Below, piece by piece: positions 1-21,824 of a stretch of DNA of 64,000 nt. The stretch's first letter is position 1. The number at the start of each line of letters is the position of its first letter. The stretch is from the human T2T-CHM13v2.0 reference genome, Homo sapiens: assembly GCF_009914755.1 (NCBI RefSeq), contig NC_060926.1. One strand, written 5' to 3'. The notes under the pieces were generated by a model, which saw nothing but the letters and a program-made list of their open reading frames with translations, was not told the DNA's origin and searched no databases. The position numbers were made by a program, and so were the translations under genes.

Positions 1-273
1 TGTTACATTTTGTAAATAAGGTGAAAATCATAGGTCTTTAAAGTTACCTAAATACTAAGTATGGAGGGCAAGTTTGAGAGGAGGGAGAAATGGTGTGATA
101 ATGCATAAAATACTCACAAATACATTAAAAACCCTATTATTTAGTATGCTGAAAATATTATAATACATTATTTTTCACATCTTATACTACTGTAAGTTCC
201 TTGAAGAAGGGGAGCAGTTTTAGTATTGTAGAATCTCCTGTAATGCCCAGGAACATGATGCACATATGGGAGG

Positions 274-657
274 TGCATTAGTTCGTTCTCACACTGCTAT
301 CCAGAACTACCTGAAGCTGAGTAATGTATAAAGAAAAGAGGTTTAATTGACTCCCAGTGCCACAGGCTGTACAGGAAGCTTGGCTGGGGCAGCCTCAGGA
401 AACTTACAATCATAGCAGAAGTGCAAAGGGGAAGCAAGTACGTCTTTACATGGTGGGAGGTGAGAGAGAGCGAACAGGGAAGTGCTACACACTTTCAAAC
501 GACCAGATCTCATGGGATCTCACTCACTATCACGAGAACAGCAAAGGGGAAATCTGCCGCCCGTGATCCAATCACCTGCTGCGAAGTCCCTCCTCTGACA
601 TTGAGGATTACAATACTACATGAAATTTGGGTGAGGACACAGAACCAAACCATATCA
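274..657 (-). mobile_element. MaLR solo LTR (MSTA/MSTB-like)
   Basis: Starts TGCATTAGTTCGTTCTCACACTGCTAT and ends GGACACAGAACCAAACCATATCA (reverse of the TGATATGGTTTGG LTR start); flanks GGAGG/GTAGG resemble a 5-bp TSD (4/5). Confidence 0.9.
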
Positions 658-960
658 GTAGGGATTTGTTAAATTTTTGCTAAATGATGGATTGATGGTG
701 AGACATTTGTGGTTTAATAAATGTAGTTGTTAGATTACCAGAAGAATTTGCATTTTGTAATCGGACTTGCTTATCTTTCACGATGTTTCTTAACAGAACA
801 CAAAGTTATGTAGAACTAAATATCACACCGAGTGTGCTGAACTTGTTTGCTGTTCTGGGAAATTTATAAGCTTCTGAAATATGTATTCTGCTTGCCCTGT
901 GCAGTGAAATTGAGCTTAAGAAACTTTACATGCAAGACCTCTACAATGAAGAAAACTGAA

Positions 961-4469
<3,509 letters not shown>

Positions 4470-6846
4470 AGAGGAATATTAATGGAAATGAAAGGTAAAA
4501 ATTTGAGTAGCCTCTAGCTGTGATAAAGCAATAAAATATACTTAGGACTTACATGCAAACTTTGTATACATGAATTCTCAACACTTTGAATTACTAACAA
4601 ACAATTTTTCATAGGTTTGAGAAACTCTTCCTTAATATATAAAAACAAATTTGCTGCAGATAATCATTATGGAGATTCCACTCCCCAAACTGTGAAATCA
4701 GATGTATTCACACCACAGATAATTAGGCAAGGTGGAAATAGATATTTTGTCTCTTCAGCAATCTTGAATGTTACTTTTTGGGGCAATCATGATGTAGTGA
4801 TTATGCAGACTTTAATGAGAGGAATGCCTCTGACATTAGCTAAAATCTCCCCTAATGTTGGTGTCTGTTTAATTACCAACAATGAACAGCAAGGTAGCCT
4901 CTAGATATTTAATAAAGTTGTTGGATTTTAAAATGCTAACATGCTTTTCATAGGGTTCTTTGATAATGCTGGTTGCTTATTTTAATTATGTCAACCTCAC
5001 TTCTAAGCAAGGACTAATTTGTACGTTTGATTCCTGTATTGACGACTTAGGTAAACTGTGTTCTATAGCCAGAGGGCACACAATTAAACACTAGCAACCA
5101 GCTCACTTAGTCCTGCTATAGGCAATCAGCAGCACACAAAAGAACACAGAAAAAGCAGGCAAATCTACCTTCCCTCTGCTGAAACAATCCTAGATGCAAG
5201 TGTAGGGGTGGTGGGTTGTTAGGACCTTTATATAGGAAGGATAATCTGTATTTATATTAAATAATTGTAAGTCACTAGTGCATGCATGCAACAGTTCAGT
5301 CCTTAATCCAAGACACACAGTCATTCATACGATTTGTACCAAATCACGAATTTCTAAAAGTAAAAACTAAGATGCTTAATGCTGCAGAGATTATCCTTTA
5401 TAAGAGATATTCATATCTGTGCTATTCCCTCATGACATATCTCATTTTATTTTGCATTTTGTACATTTTATTTTTTTGCTCACCATAGCTTCTGAAAGTT
5501 TAGCACTCTTTGCGTATATCTTCAATAATAGACCCCAAATTTAAAAGTGTTATAATGCTACCTAACTCATATCAAAAATACACATCAAAGGAAAAATATC
5601 AAAAGTATTTTCATGAACAGCTATAGATTTAAGAAAATAAAGATGAGTAAATGTATGAATGCTTTACAGACATTATTCCATTTAATTCTCAACCTTGTGC
5701 TAGGAGTTCAGAGAAGTTTAGGTAGCACAGTATCTTCATATGTCCTCATGATTTCCAGCAAGAGTTTGTGAAGAAAATATCTGTGAGAATGAAGTTTAGT
5801 TATCATATCTGTGACAATACCCACCTATTTGTATCACCTTTTAGATTAAATAAGATGATGCATGCGATGGGTGGAGCTTGTAGTCTATACATAACCATTA
5901 ACCCTGGAAATGTTAGTGCTTTGTCTTCTTTTTCTTTGTTATCTTATTCTTTGGGATGCTCCTCTTTTATTACTAGTTTTTAAGAATGAATTTCCTGCCT
6001 TCACCATCCCTGCCAGGAAGACTTTTCCTACCTCTTTCCCAGCAAATTATTGTCTTTTTCTTTGGTTCCTGTCAAAGGTGATGCATGTCATAGTCCAAGA
6101 AGAAGGTTTGCCAGGAATGGCTTGATCCAAGTATTTGTATTGGGCCTCTAAAATATGGTCTTCCTCTTTTACAATTTAACCAATAAGATAATCTAAACCA
6201 AGAATAGTTCTCATACTCTGCATTGTCCTATGCTGTGCAGTAATTCTCTTTTCCTCTTTTTATTTTTATTTTTTGGAATAGGGAATAAGCCCACTGATTT
6301 TCCCTTCCCTTAGGTCAGTGGTCCTTAAACTGGTTTGAGAACCTCTTTCTGCTCTTTAAAATTATTAAAGACTACAAAGAGCTCTTTTTTTAAATGCGGG
6401 TTATATCTATTGACTGTTACCATATTAGAAATTAAAATAAAAACATTTAAAAATATATTTTATTAAAAAATAATAATCTCATTACATAGCATATATATCA
6501 TATTTTTATGAAAAATTAACTATTTTCAAAAACAAAAAATTGTGAAAAAATGCCATTTTTTACATATTTCAAATCCATTTAATGGCTGATTTAATAGATA
6601 GAAGTCAACATCTCATTCTTATATCTGCCTCTTTTTTTTTTAATTATACTTTAAGTTGTAGGGTACATGTGCACAATGTGCACATTTGTTACATAGGTAT
6701 ACATTTGCCATGTTGGTTTGCTGCACCCATCAACTCATCATTTACATTAAGTATTTCTCCTAATGCTATCTCTCTTCCAGCCCCCCACCCCCAGACAAGC
6801 CTTAGCGTGTGATGTTCCCCACCCTGTGTCCATGTGTTCTCATTGT

Positions 6847-10714
<3,868 letters not shown>

Positions 10715-10777
10715 TATGATGTTAGTTGGTTACTATGCCTGTTAATTGATGCAGTTTCTTCATAGCATCAATGGTTT

Positions 10778-11793
10778 TTACCATTTGGCCTGTTTTTGCA
10801 TTGGCTGGTACCAGTTGTTCCATTCCATGTTTAGTGCGTCCTTCAGGAGCTCTTGTAAGGCAGGCCTGGTGGTGACAAGGTCTCTCAGCATTTGTTTGTC
10901 TGTAACGGATTTTATTTCTCCTTCACTTATGAAGCTTAGTTTGGTTGGATATGAGATTCTGGGTTGAAAATTCTTTCCTTTAAGAATGTTGAATATTGGC
11001 CCCCACTCTCTTCTGGCTTGTAGAGTTTCTGCCAGAAACTGTTAGTCTGATGGGCTTCCCTTTGTGGGTAACCCGACCTTTCTCTCTGGCTGCCTTAACA
11101 TTTTTTCCTTCATTTTGACCTTGGTGAATCTGACAATTATGTGTTTTGGGGTTGCTCTTCTCGAGGAGTATCTTTGTGGTGTTCTCTGTATTTCCTGAAT
11201 TTGAATGTTGGCTTGCCTTGCTAGGTTAGGGAAATTCTCCTGGATAATATCCTGAAGAGTGTTTTCTAACTTGATTCCATTCTCCCAGTCACTTTCTGGT
11301 ACACCAATCAAACATATATTTGGTCTTTTCACATAGTCCCATATTTCTTGGAGGTTTTGTTCATTTCTTTTCACTCTTTGTTTTCTAATCTTATTTTCTC
11401 ACTTTATTTCATAAATTTGATCTTCAATCACTGATATCTTTTGTTCCACTTGATCAGATCGACTGTTGAAGCTTGTGCATGCATCTTGAAGTTCTTGTGC
11501 CATGGTTGTCATCTCCATCAGGTCATTTAAGGTCTCCTCTACACTGTTTATTCTAGTTAGCCATTTGTCTAACCTTTTTTCAAGGTTTTTAGCTTCCTTG
11601 CGATGGGTTAGAACATGCTCCTTTAGCTCGGAGAAGTTTGTTATTACTGACTTTCTGAAGCCTACCTCTGTCAACTCGTCAAACTCATTCTCTGTCCAGT
11701 TTTGTTCCCTTGCTGTGAGGAGCTGAGATCCTTTGGAGAAGAGGAGCTCTGGTTTTTGGAATTTTCAGCTTTTCTTCTCTGGCTTTTCCCCAT
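10778..11793 (-). pseudogene. L1 ORF1 (RNA-binding chaperone), disrupted
   Basis: ATG at 11793 (CCACAAAAATGGGG). Fragments FSELKEHVLTHRKEAKNLEKRLD and KRNEQNLQEIWDYVKRPN..ENFPNLARQANIQIQEIQRTP are split by stops/frameshifts. Confidence 0.92.
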
Positions 11794-14700
11794 TTTTGTG
11801 GTTTTATCTACCTTTCATCTTTAATGTTGGTGACCTACAGTTGGGGTTTTGGTGTAGATGAACTTTTTGTTGATGTTGATGTTATTGCTTTCTGTTTGTT
11901 AGTTTTCCTTCTAACAGTCAGACCCCCCAGCTTCAGGTCTGTTGGTTTTGCTAGAGGTCCACTCCCAATGCTGTTTGCCTGGGTATCACCAGCAGAGACT
12001 GCAGAACAGCAAATATTGCAGAACAGCAAATATTGCTGACTGATCCTTCCTCTGGAAGCTTTGTCCCAGAGGGGCGTCCACCTGTGTGAGGTGTCTGTCG
12101 GCCCCTACTGGGAGATGTTTCCCAGTCAGGCTACATGGGGCTCAGGGACTTGCTTGAGGAGGCAGTTTGTCTGTTTCAGGGCTTGAACACCATGCTGAGA
12201 GAACCACTGCTCTCTTCAGAGCTGTTAGACAGGGACGTTTAAGTCTGAAGAAGCTGTCTGTTGCCTTTTGTTCTACTGTGCCCTGCCTTCAGAGGTGGAA
12301 TCTATAGAGGCAGTAGGCCTTGACGGGCTGCAGTGGGCTCCACCCAGTTCCTGCTTCTGGGCCTCTTTGTTTACACTGTGTGCTACTGAAGCCTCAGCAA
12401 TGGGATGCCCCTCCCCCAGTTAAGCTGCAGTGCCGCAGGTCAATCTCAGACTGCTGCGCTAGCAGTGAGCAAGGCTCTGTGGGCATGGGACCCACCGAGC
12501 CAGGCATGGGACGGTGTCTCTTGGTCTGCTGGTTGCTAAGACTGTAGAAAAAGCACAGTATTTGGTCAGGAGTGTATCATTTCTCCAGGTATAGTCCGTC
12601 ACAGCTTCCCTTGGCTAGGAAAGGGAAGTTCCCCAACCCCTTGCACTTCCTGGGTGAGGCAACACCCCTGCCCTGCTTCGGCTCACCCTCTGTGGGCTGC
12701 ACCCACTGTCCAACCAGTCCTAATGAGATGAACTAGGTACCTCAGTTGGAAATGCAGAAATCACCCATCTTCTGCATTGATCTCACTGGGAGCTGCAGAC
12801 CAGAGCTGCTCCTATTCAGCCATCTTGGAAGGGACCCCTTGCCTCTGCTTTTAATGTGGTGGATTATGTTACTTAGGTGAAGTATATGAAGAAAATTTGG
12901 TCTCATGTAGATGTATATTTGAAGAAAGGAGGAATATTTTCATGCATTTTCAAATAATTGTAGATAATCTTCTTTGATATAACACTGAAATTTTGCAAGT
13001 TGCAGTTTCCTGTAGGTTAGTTGAAGTGTGGCATCCGAAATGCTAAAAATGTACTCTTCATCCTCTATTAAATCACAATCCATCCACTAGTCTATCCTGT
13101 ACTTTGAATGGATCATCCATTGATCATTTTTTCTTAATGTTGACATACTTCATTATACAAAAAACCCCACATTTCTTAACATTACCACTGATATCCTCAG
13201 AAAAGTCTTAAGTGTTGGGAAGCTGTCAAGCTCAGAGTGCATAAAAAGTTCTTCAAAATTATAATAGTCACTTGAAAGTAAAAGTTTTCTCATTGGAAAT
13301 ACATAGTGTCAGTTGTTTTCCTTGACACGAAAAGCTTACTTCATTTATTTGATTGCCAAATGCACAAATCTGAATAACTGTAGTTGTCTGTCAGTTGTTC
13401 TTTCAAGTAGAAATAATTTTACATGAAATAATCAACAAGAACAGCTCACAGCTCTCTCACACCAGTGCTTTTACTTGAGACCGCCATTGTACTTAAAAAG
13501 GCAGTATAAACACTTTATGTGTACTTCTCATTTCATCACACAAATAAGTATGAAAAAATATGAATTTTTTTCATACAAAAACATATGAAAAACATGAAAA
13601 AATATGTATTCAAGGGTCAGGCTTTGAAATTAATTGTTAGTGCTCAATCAAGGGAATTCTTAAGTGAAACTGGCATTTATTCTTATTTATTTCTTTCTGC
13701 AACTGTCTGACAGAGAAGAATATCATGCCTACTAGGACAGCTAGTACCACGGACTTGATTCTTGCTCAGGCTGCAGCTGTTTTACCTAGTATGGCTTCTG
13801 TATCATCAATACATAATCAACACAATGTCACAGACAAGTAACTTCTTAGTATTATTATGAAAATCATTTTGATCTTATAGCCCCTCTGAAGGGGTCTCTG
13901 GAACCCTGAGGAGTACATGGACCAAACTTGGACCCCATGCTTTCGTCCTCTGGAATAAAAAAGATTCTTTAACTAAAAGTGGTAGCATCTTGTAGCTGGG
14001 TGTCTGTGTTCTAATATAAAGACCATATGAGATTATTAGACTATTCAATACTGAGTGCTCTTGGAGAAATAAAATACAACTGTAGTCTCAATAGCTAAGA
14101 AAAGTGCTTGGATGGACTGGATCTTCAATAACTTCAAGATTTGGATTGTGTCAAAAGCTATGGGTACATAGCTTTCTTATTAGCTTAAGTCTTCCCACAC
14201 CATGCCATTCTCTGTTTATTATTCAAGCTAATTGGAAAACACAGTACTAGCAGTAGCTTTAGGTAACATCTTTATGATCTTCTTCTGGGTAGGATTTATA
14301 CTCCTTGGTGCAGTGGATGTCATGGAAACCACTGTTTAAAGGTGTAGAGGAAATACTGTGCCCCCCACACACTGCTTAATCCTGCAGAAGGGGTTCCCCA
14401 GCAGGATCCAGCCCTTTCTCATTCTATCTTTCTCTCAGTATCTCCTCCAGAATCAATCTCATTATTTACTTTTTGCTCATGCCAGCGATTATTTACTTGG
14501 AAACTATTCATCTTTGCATTTTACATTTTTTTGCAGATATAGTTGAAAATATACCCTTTTAACAGAATTGTTGCCTCATCTCCTACTGATAATGATGCAT
14601 AATGATAGGAGCTTGGTTCAGTGAGAAACTGTTCTGATAGGGACAGACAGAGCTCATCTCAGCATGCTGCACTGCCACTGCAGTTCTCATGGATCTCTGG

Positions 14701-15979
14701 GATCCAACCTTAGGCTTTGGCTTTCTGATCTGTAGATACAAAAAGCCACATAGGGAATACAGACCTGCAGTAACTTCTGCGTTGCTTAAAAAAAGCTGAA
14801 TCAGTACCTACCTAGACACTTATTACACGTTTAAAGAGTTAACATGCCAAAAATATTATGCGCAGCTACTTTGCTATGTTCCAGAAAAAAAAGAACTCAT
14901 TTTCCCACCTCTCTCTAGTCTCTTAGGAAAAACACCAGCCTTGAGCACTGTTTTATTATTGACTTATATGGAGCCAGGTATTCTCCATCACTCCTGGAGT
15001 CCAGATGGTTTTGTGGTCCTTGTCCCCATAATATACCCATCAACCCAACCAAACAGCCAACACACAAATCTTCTGGAGCATCTAATGTGTACAAGATAAT
15101 AAGCTGAGATGAGCTAGACTCTGGTTTAAAGACTGTATTTGAAACTATGCACAATTTCCTATATTTTTTCTTGCTCCAGGAAATCATAATTTTATGAATC
15201 AGTCATAATTTAAAAACTGGAGCTTTTTTCCTGAGAAGATAAACTCCAAGAGATGATGTCTATTTAGCTCATGAATATAGAACAGCACAGAAATGGATTA
15301 TAGTGGCTGCAAAGGAGGAAACAGAACTCATTTTGATAGATTTGTGTCATCCATGCCTTTCTCACACCAGAGCAAATTGACCTCAAAGCTGTAGGTGGAA
15401 TTTCTTCTCCAGACACTTGAGATGTAGGGCAGTCTTGCAGAGTGGATGGAGCAGAAGATGGTGCCTGATTTCTACACACTCCACATAGTTCCATCCTCTT
15501 ACTGAAAAGCTCTAACATTCTGAAGGAGCCGAATTCTCAGAATCCTCTAATGGATACCACTTGAATTCTTGAAGATTTAAGAGGGAAAGCCCCTCAGCTT
15601 TACAGATATTCATTGTCTGTGGAGGCTAGAGTTACAACTTTTCAATCCACTCTAAAAGCAAAGCAGAAAGCAATTACAGCAAGGTCACACAAGTCAGTGA
15701 CCAGGTGACTGGCCACTCCCTAAAAGAAGATCCTAACTTTGGTCTCACCCCTTTCAGGGTTAAACAGTCTTGCTGTTTTGTAGGTATTCGTGAACACATC
15801 AAGTTGTATTTAACTTATTTAAGGGATTTCTCTTAGAATCTTCCAGTGTCACTTGGAAATAATTCTATACATAAAAATACATGTATATTTGGTATTCCTG
15901 GGTTACAATGTCAGTTCCCATTTCAAGTGCATTCTTTTCTCTAATTGAATCTAAGAATTTTATTAAAAATCAAGATTTT

Positions 15980-16267
<288 letters not shown>

Positions 16268-19200
16268 GATCCTCCTGCAGCTATTCTGATTTAGAAAGAT
16301 TAGCGGTAGAGGCAATGAGTTATAAGATGAGTTCCTGGCGAGGGATTTTCGAAATCTGACCTGCAGAAAGCCAACTGGACAGTTAAGAATGGTCACATGA
16401 ACTTGATCACCATCAAGGTGCATGCCACCTTTGATATTATCATTGGCTATGAATCTCCAGTTCAAGTTTTATGCTTCTTCTGTCCTGGAGTCTGATGTTT
16501 CTTCTGCTGTTCAGAGGAGATTTATGATTTTGATGGCAAAACTCAAGCAATTTTCGTTATTTCTCATAATCCCTGGGCCCAGAGCAGAGCCCTTCTTAGA
16601 GTAGCACTCACTAAATGAGTAAAGATAGCAAAAAGAGTGACACTGATTTCAATTGAATCAATTATTCCTTTGATCAAAAATATTGGCAAGTTTCTGGCAC
16701 TGTCAAAATCTGCTAGGCCTGCCAGGCAGTGAAAGAAGGAAGACTTGGAATTGTCATTATTCAAGTGGAATTTGAGGTGAAAATTCAGAGAAACAGCTCC
16801 AGTGAAAAATCTTGCAACAGAACTCCATCCAAATATATTAAAAGACATCAAAAAGAAAGTGTTTTCTCTTGTGATTTTTCTTTCACTGCTAACTGAACAC
16901 TTGTAAAATTGATGATGATGTGTCTTACCAGCCACCTAGAATGCTCTGTACACTGGAGAAAACAAAATTATTTTAATATTTTTGAAGGTTTCTTTACTTT
17001 GTAAGATGTGCCTGGGGAGCTTATTAAGTTCATTAGAAAACTGGAAGAAATGTAAAAGTACTTCTAAGGGCTCTTTTCTTCCTATCTCAAACTACTTTTG
17101 CATTTTTAGATAGGAGCATGAATAGATAAAAGGAGAGCTTAGCTAAAACAAATAAAAATTGATATGTATTTTTTAAGGAGCATGTGAGGAGGAAATGAGC
17201 CTATTTATTAATTTCCCTATAGCTGCACTCATCCTACCATAGGGCCCATACTCAATCCTGACTTGCAGTAGGAGCTTCTTAAGGAAAAAACAGTCATCTA
17301 TATTGAGGTTTAGCCTCTTTCCCTGTATTGCTGGAAAATCCTTATTGTTAATTTTATGTCAATAATAATTGTATCTTATTATGAATAGTAAGATTTAATA
17401 ACTTTCATTGTTTCATATGCTTGGCAAAGCACACAGGCATTTGTTTACTGAATTCTCACAACATCCCATGAAGTCAGCACTAACAATATATGCCCATTAT
17501 CGTAATCAAGAATATTAAAGAAGACTATCTCCCAAATATCTCCTTGACTCAGCTAGTCAGGGTCAAAGCAGTGAGCCTAAGAATGGAGAACCCCTGCCTT
17601 GCATCTAGGCTGGGAAATTTTGACAGAGACAGGGTTGGGTCCCTGAGGTTCCAGTTATGAGTTCAAGAAGGTTTTCTTCATTAATATGCAGTAGAGATAG
17701 GTTTAGGGGAGGTAAAACAAGACAGAAGCTTTTTGTTTTCTCTTTTCCTGTTGTTATATAAGGCTATATTTTTATTCAAAATCAAATAAGATATTGCATA
17801 AAGGCCACATCTTTGCTGGGCCTTCTATGACCACAAGGCACTGTGGCCACATCCCTAGCAACTTGCCTGACTCATTTGGCAGGCCAGTTTCCATTTGACT
17901 CATCCTGATTATCTCTAACACTAACAAATGAGACATTTCCTGGCTGCAAATCAAAGTATCTCCTTTGGGTGATAAAATTAAACCACAGACTTGGTGATGC
18001 AGCTGGATCTCTGGACTCAAATATTTCCTTGTGGTTTCTAGCAGACCTCAAATTGGATTCCACTTCTAGAACTTACATCCTGAGGTAGAAAGGTCTAGGA
18101 ATGTGTCTTCAACTGGTAAGTCCCTGTGATTATTTCTGGCAGCAAAGGAGGATATAGATATTAGCAGGGAGCTGAGATAAGTATCACTTACCCTTTGGAT
18201 TCACCTTATACTTGACCTGGAGGAGATGTTTTTCCCAGCTGAAGTTTAAATGAATATGTAGGCATTTTGAAGGGCTTTCTTCCTTGAGGTTGCTTCCAGA
18301 GAATCAAAATCTTGTTAGAATTATTCTGGGCATTGATTCAAAGTATGAGAGGCTAAAATATTGCCAACACGGTAATTTACACAATATAATAGCAGGGGAA
18401 AATAAATTATCCACAACTTACAGCAATGCCCTGTGAGCAGAAAGCCTCTTGGAGCACACAAAAATTATATCTGCAATATATCAGCAACATAAAGCTCAAG
18501 ATTATAAGAATAAGATTCAAGTTCTTGAAAAATTAGTGAAAATTCCATTTCACCATCACTTTAGAAATTGAACAGTAATAATAAATGGGCACAGCCAGTG
18601 CTGAGGCATGACTGATTGAATTACATATTCCATCCTATTTGTTATTCAGCACCTCATATCCTCAGAGGACTTTGTTCTCATGCTTCAAGTATGGAAACTT
18701 GGTATTATTCCCATTTTGTTTACAAGGAAATGGAAACACTGGAAAGTGTGTTTCCTTTAAGGTCACTTTATTGATCTGAGAAAAAACTGTAATGGAATTG
18801 GAAGCTATCAAATCCCTATGTCCTGGGGCTGTCATGGACTGTAGCTTAAGCCAGAATTTCAGAGCCAGGGAAGATCAAAGAATAAAGACAACTGTATGTG
18901 CTGGGGATTCAGACCTCTGGTGATCTTTTCATTGAAATCACTGTTCTTCTTATCAACCTTTTGTTTTCTGGGTCTTTACATAAAAGTTTCCCTTTGCTGT
19001 GTAGCTTCTTTGTCATCACTGTTGGGAGCAGAATATTCCCTTGCTGTGCTCTACATTATGTGCCTGTCTATTCCTAAGAAGGTTTTACTTGAGAATATAG
19101 CTTAGAATGATTAAGCAATATGATCCTCAGCTGAATAATATGTGAAAAGGGCAATTACATGAGACTTTTATGTAATATCCAGAGAACAAGAAAAAGAGAG

Positions 19201-19499
19201 TTAACAGAATAAAGAAGGCAAAGAAGAAAGAGCAAATTGTATAATCTTACGAATAGAGAGAGTGGACGGGGGGAAATATTTTGGTGCAGGAAGATTTCAC
19301 AACTGATAAGAGATGGAATTCATTGTGGATTCTCTCTCCCTTTGTTATCCGTGTTGAGTCATCAAATCCAATGTCCACACCTCTTCCTCTCTTTCTGTAG
19401 CTTTGCCTCTGGGCTATGTGAAAAGTAATACATGTCATCTATGTTTCAGGTATCAAAGGGGACTTGGTCAGAGAGCTAAATAAGTTTCTTTTTTCCTCC

Positions 19500-20150
19500 A
19501 CTTAACTTCCTGCAGCAGCCTCTTAAATGCCTTTCCATTGGTGGTTACTCTCCATTCCAGTTCTAGCTGTGTGCCACTCCTCTGGCTTAGTCATTTTAAC
19601 CAAAATTTCCATCAGGTTACTTCCTGGCTGAAACCTTTGCTCATCCTCTCTTTACCTTATCCCCCAATTAAAAGTCAGCTGATTAAAGCTCGAATTCCCA
19701 CATCTCTTCATCATCTGGACCAGCATTATCTTTCTATGTTAAGCCTTGCATAGCCTCTTTCAGTTTCCTATTGCTATTCACATTAAAGTAAAACGTTAGT
19801 TGCTTTCTGAGCATATCTCAAAGTTTTCTGCATCCACTTTGTTATCCATTATCTTTCTTCTGTGGAGAATGCTATCCATTTCTTCCCTGATCCATCTCTG
19901 CATCTGTTGACCTCCTACTTGTCCTTCAAGGCTTGCCTTCAAAGGTACCTCTCGACTGTCTATTTCTGTACTTATTAAAGATCATCTTGTATTATGGTGT
20001 TTTTCTGATCCATCCCCCCTGCTGTATTACAAGTTTGCTAAGGTTAAAAACTGTGTCTTAGTTATCATTGGATTTTCCGTCCTTTCTCCTCCAGCCAGGA
20101 CCTGGCACAATGCTGTGCTCATAGAAACAACTAAATGAATGAATAACAAA
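19500..20150 (+). mobile_element. L2 3' fragment
   Basis: Degenerate L2 motifs (CCTCCTACTTGTCCTTCAAG, CCTGGCACA..TAAATGAATGAAT end). Confidence 0.65.
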
Positions 20151-20449
20151 TAAATTAATGGCCAAATGAAAGAGCAAGTGATATATGAGCTCTAGAGAAA
20201 TTAAGAGACACAGAATAAAATCTCTGTACTTTAAAAAGATAAAATTTGGAAAAGATATATAGCCCATATATTTGAAATATAAAAAGTTACGCTTGTTTAT
20301 ATTAAGGGTTACATGAGTTTATGAGTTCTCTAGAACAAATGTACTGCAAAGTGCAGCTGGAAAAGGAGATTACTCCGGACTGAGATCAATGACTTCTTAG
20401 AGAAGCTGGGACTTGAGCCGAGTCAGATGCATGCATATAACTAAGCTAG

Positions 20450-20660
20450 ACATAGAAGAAACTATGTTTATTTTACTATAATTTTCTGTACTACTTATTA
20501 TAATTAATTGTGTATGTACTTGTTCATGAAACTAGACTATTAGAAATTTGAAGAAAAGGCACTTTTTTGTTGTTGTTTTCCAGTAATATGTGCATCTCCT
20601 GCAGTTATTACCACGTGCCTGGCATATAGAACATGCTTAATAAAAGTGTGGTAATTGAGA
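20450..20660 (+). mobile_element. L2 3' end fragment
   Basis: ACTAGACTATTAG...GTGCCTGGCATATAGAACATGCTTAATAAA. Confidence 0.55.
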
Positions 20661-21075
20661 GTGTTGAACATTTCAGGCAAAACAAATAGGGTAAGCAAAA
20701 TAACAGAGATTGGGATTCACATTAGATATTTAAAAAACAGTGAGGAGAATGTTTCCATTGGTTTCCAAAATACCTAATAGGGAGGATAATTTGATAAAAT
20801 TAGAATAAAGGGAGCTAAATTACAAAAGATGTTCAATGTTACACTGAATTTGCTTTTTAGTAGTAACCACAGAAAAGTTTTGAAATGTGAAATGACTTCC
20901 CATGTATGTGTTTGAAGAATATTTCCCTGGCAGCTCTGTATGTAAGAACGTGGAATTGTGACTTACACTTGGTTGGTTACCCCCAAAGCCCTGCCTTCTA
21001 CTTTTGTTTGGAACTGTTCAGAAATTCTCTAATCTCAAGAGAGCCAGGCCCAGACTCAGGTTTAGGAGTAAAATA

Positions 21076-21399
21076 TGCTGTGGTTTGAATGTGCCCCCCA
21101 TAAACATGGGTTGGAAACTTAATCTTCAATGCAACAGTGTGTGGAGGTGGGCTCTAATGAGACATGATTATCTTGGGAGTAGGTTTGCTATAAAAAAGAG
21201 AGTTAAGAGCCTTTTACTCTCTCTCTCCCTCTTTTTGCCCTCCTGCCAGGGAGTGATGCAGAAAGAAGACCCGGGACAGATGCTGGCCCTTGATCTTGGA
21301 ACTTCCAGACTTCAAAACCATGGGCCAATAAGTTTTTGTTCATTATAAATTACCCAGTCTGAGGTATTCTGTGACAGCAGCACAAAACCAACTAAGATA
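21076..21399 (+). mobile_element. MaLR solo LTR (MSTC/MSTD-like)
   Basis: TGCTGTGGTTTGAATGTGCCCC..GGAAACTTAATC..ATAAATTACCCAGTCTGAGGTATTCTG..ACTAAGATA. Confidence 0.85.
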
Positions 21400-21824
21400 G
21401 CATATAACTTAGCTATAGCCAAAAAGATGTAGCTGAAAGCTTGGCAGGGGAACCCTGAGGAAGTGCTTCCGTTTCACCCCTACTTCCTGTTGCATCCATC
21501 TTAGTACTGTACTGTATGGCCAAGAGCATTGTTGAGATGCTGACTCAGGCCCTCCTCATCTGTAAGTCCCTAAATCTAAGTCACACTAATAATTGCCTAC
21601 CATTATGGGAAAAAAAGAGAACACATATATCTTTATCTACTGTTAGTCCAGCTTTTTTACAAAAACTTTCCTATCTCTGTCTCTCTGTTTTTTTCTCTCT
21701 CCTCTCTCTCTTCTGTCTCTCTCTCATTTCTCACAGACACAGACACGCACACACACAGATTAATATAGATTTAGTAGTAGCAGAGAGTCTACGTACACTG
21801 GAGTAAAGGAGAGTAAAAATCCCT

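Noticed and set aside
12000-12038. Tandem TGCAGAACAGCAAATAT duplication in the L1 5'UTR
   Set aside because: As I recall, a similar duplication is a consensus feature of L1PA5-7 5'UTRs, so it is not locus-specific.
18613-18623. DUX4-type motif TAATTCAATCA (minus strand; also at 44647-44657)
   Set aside because: Isolated AT-rich 11-mers are expected by chance in 64 kb of AT-rich DNA, and there is no supporting context.
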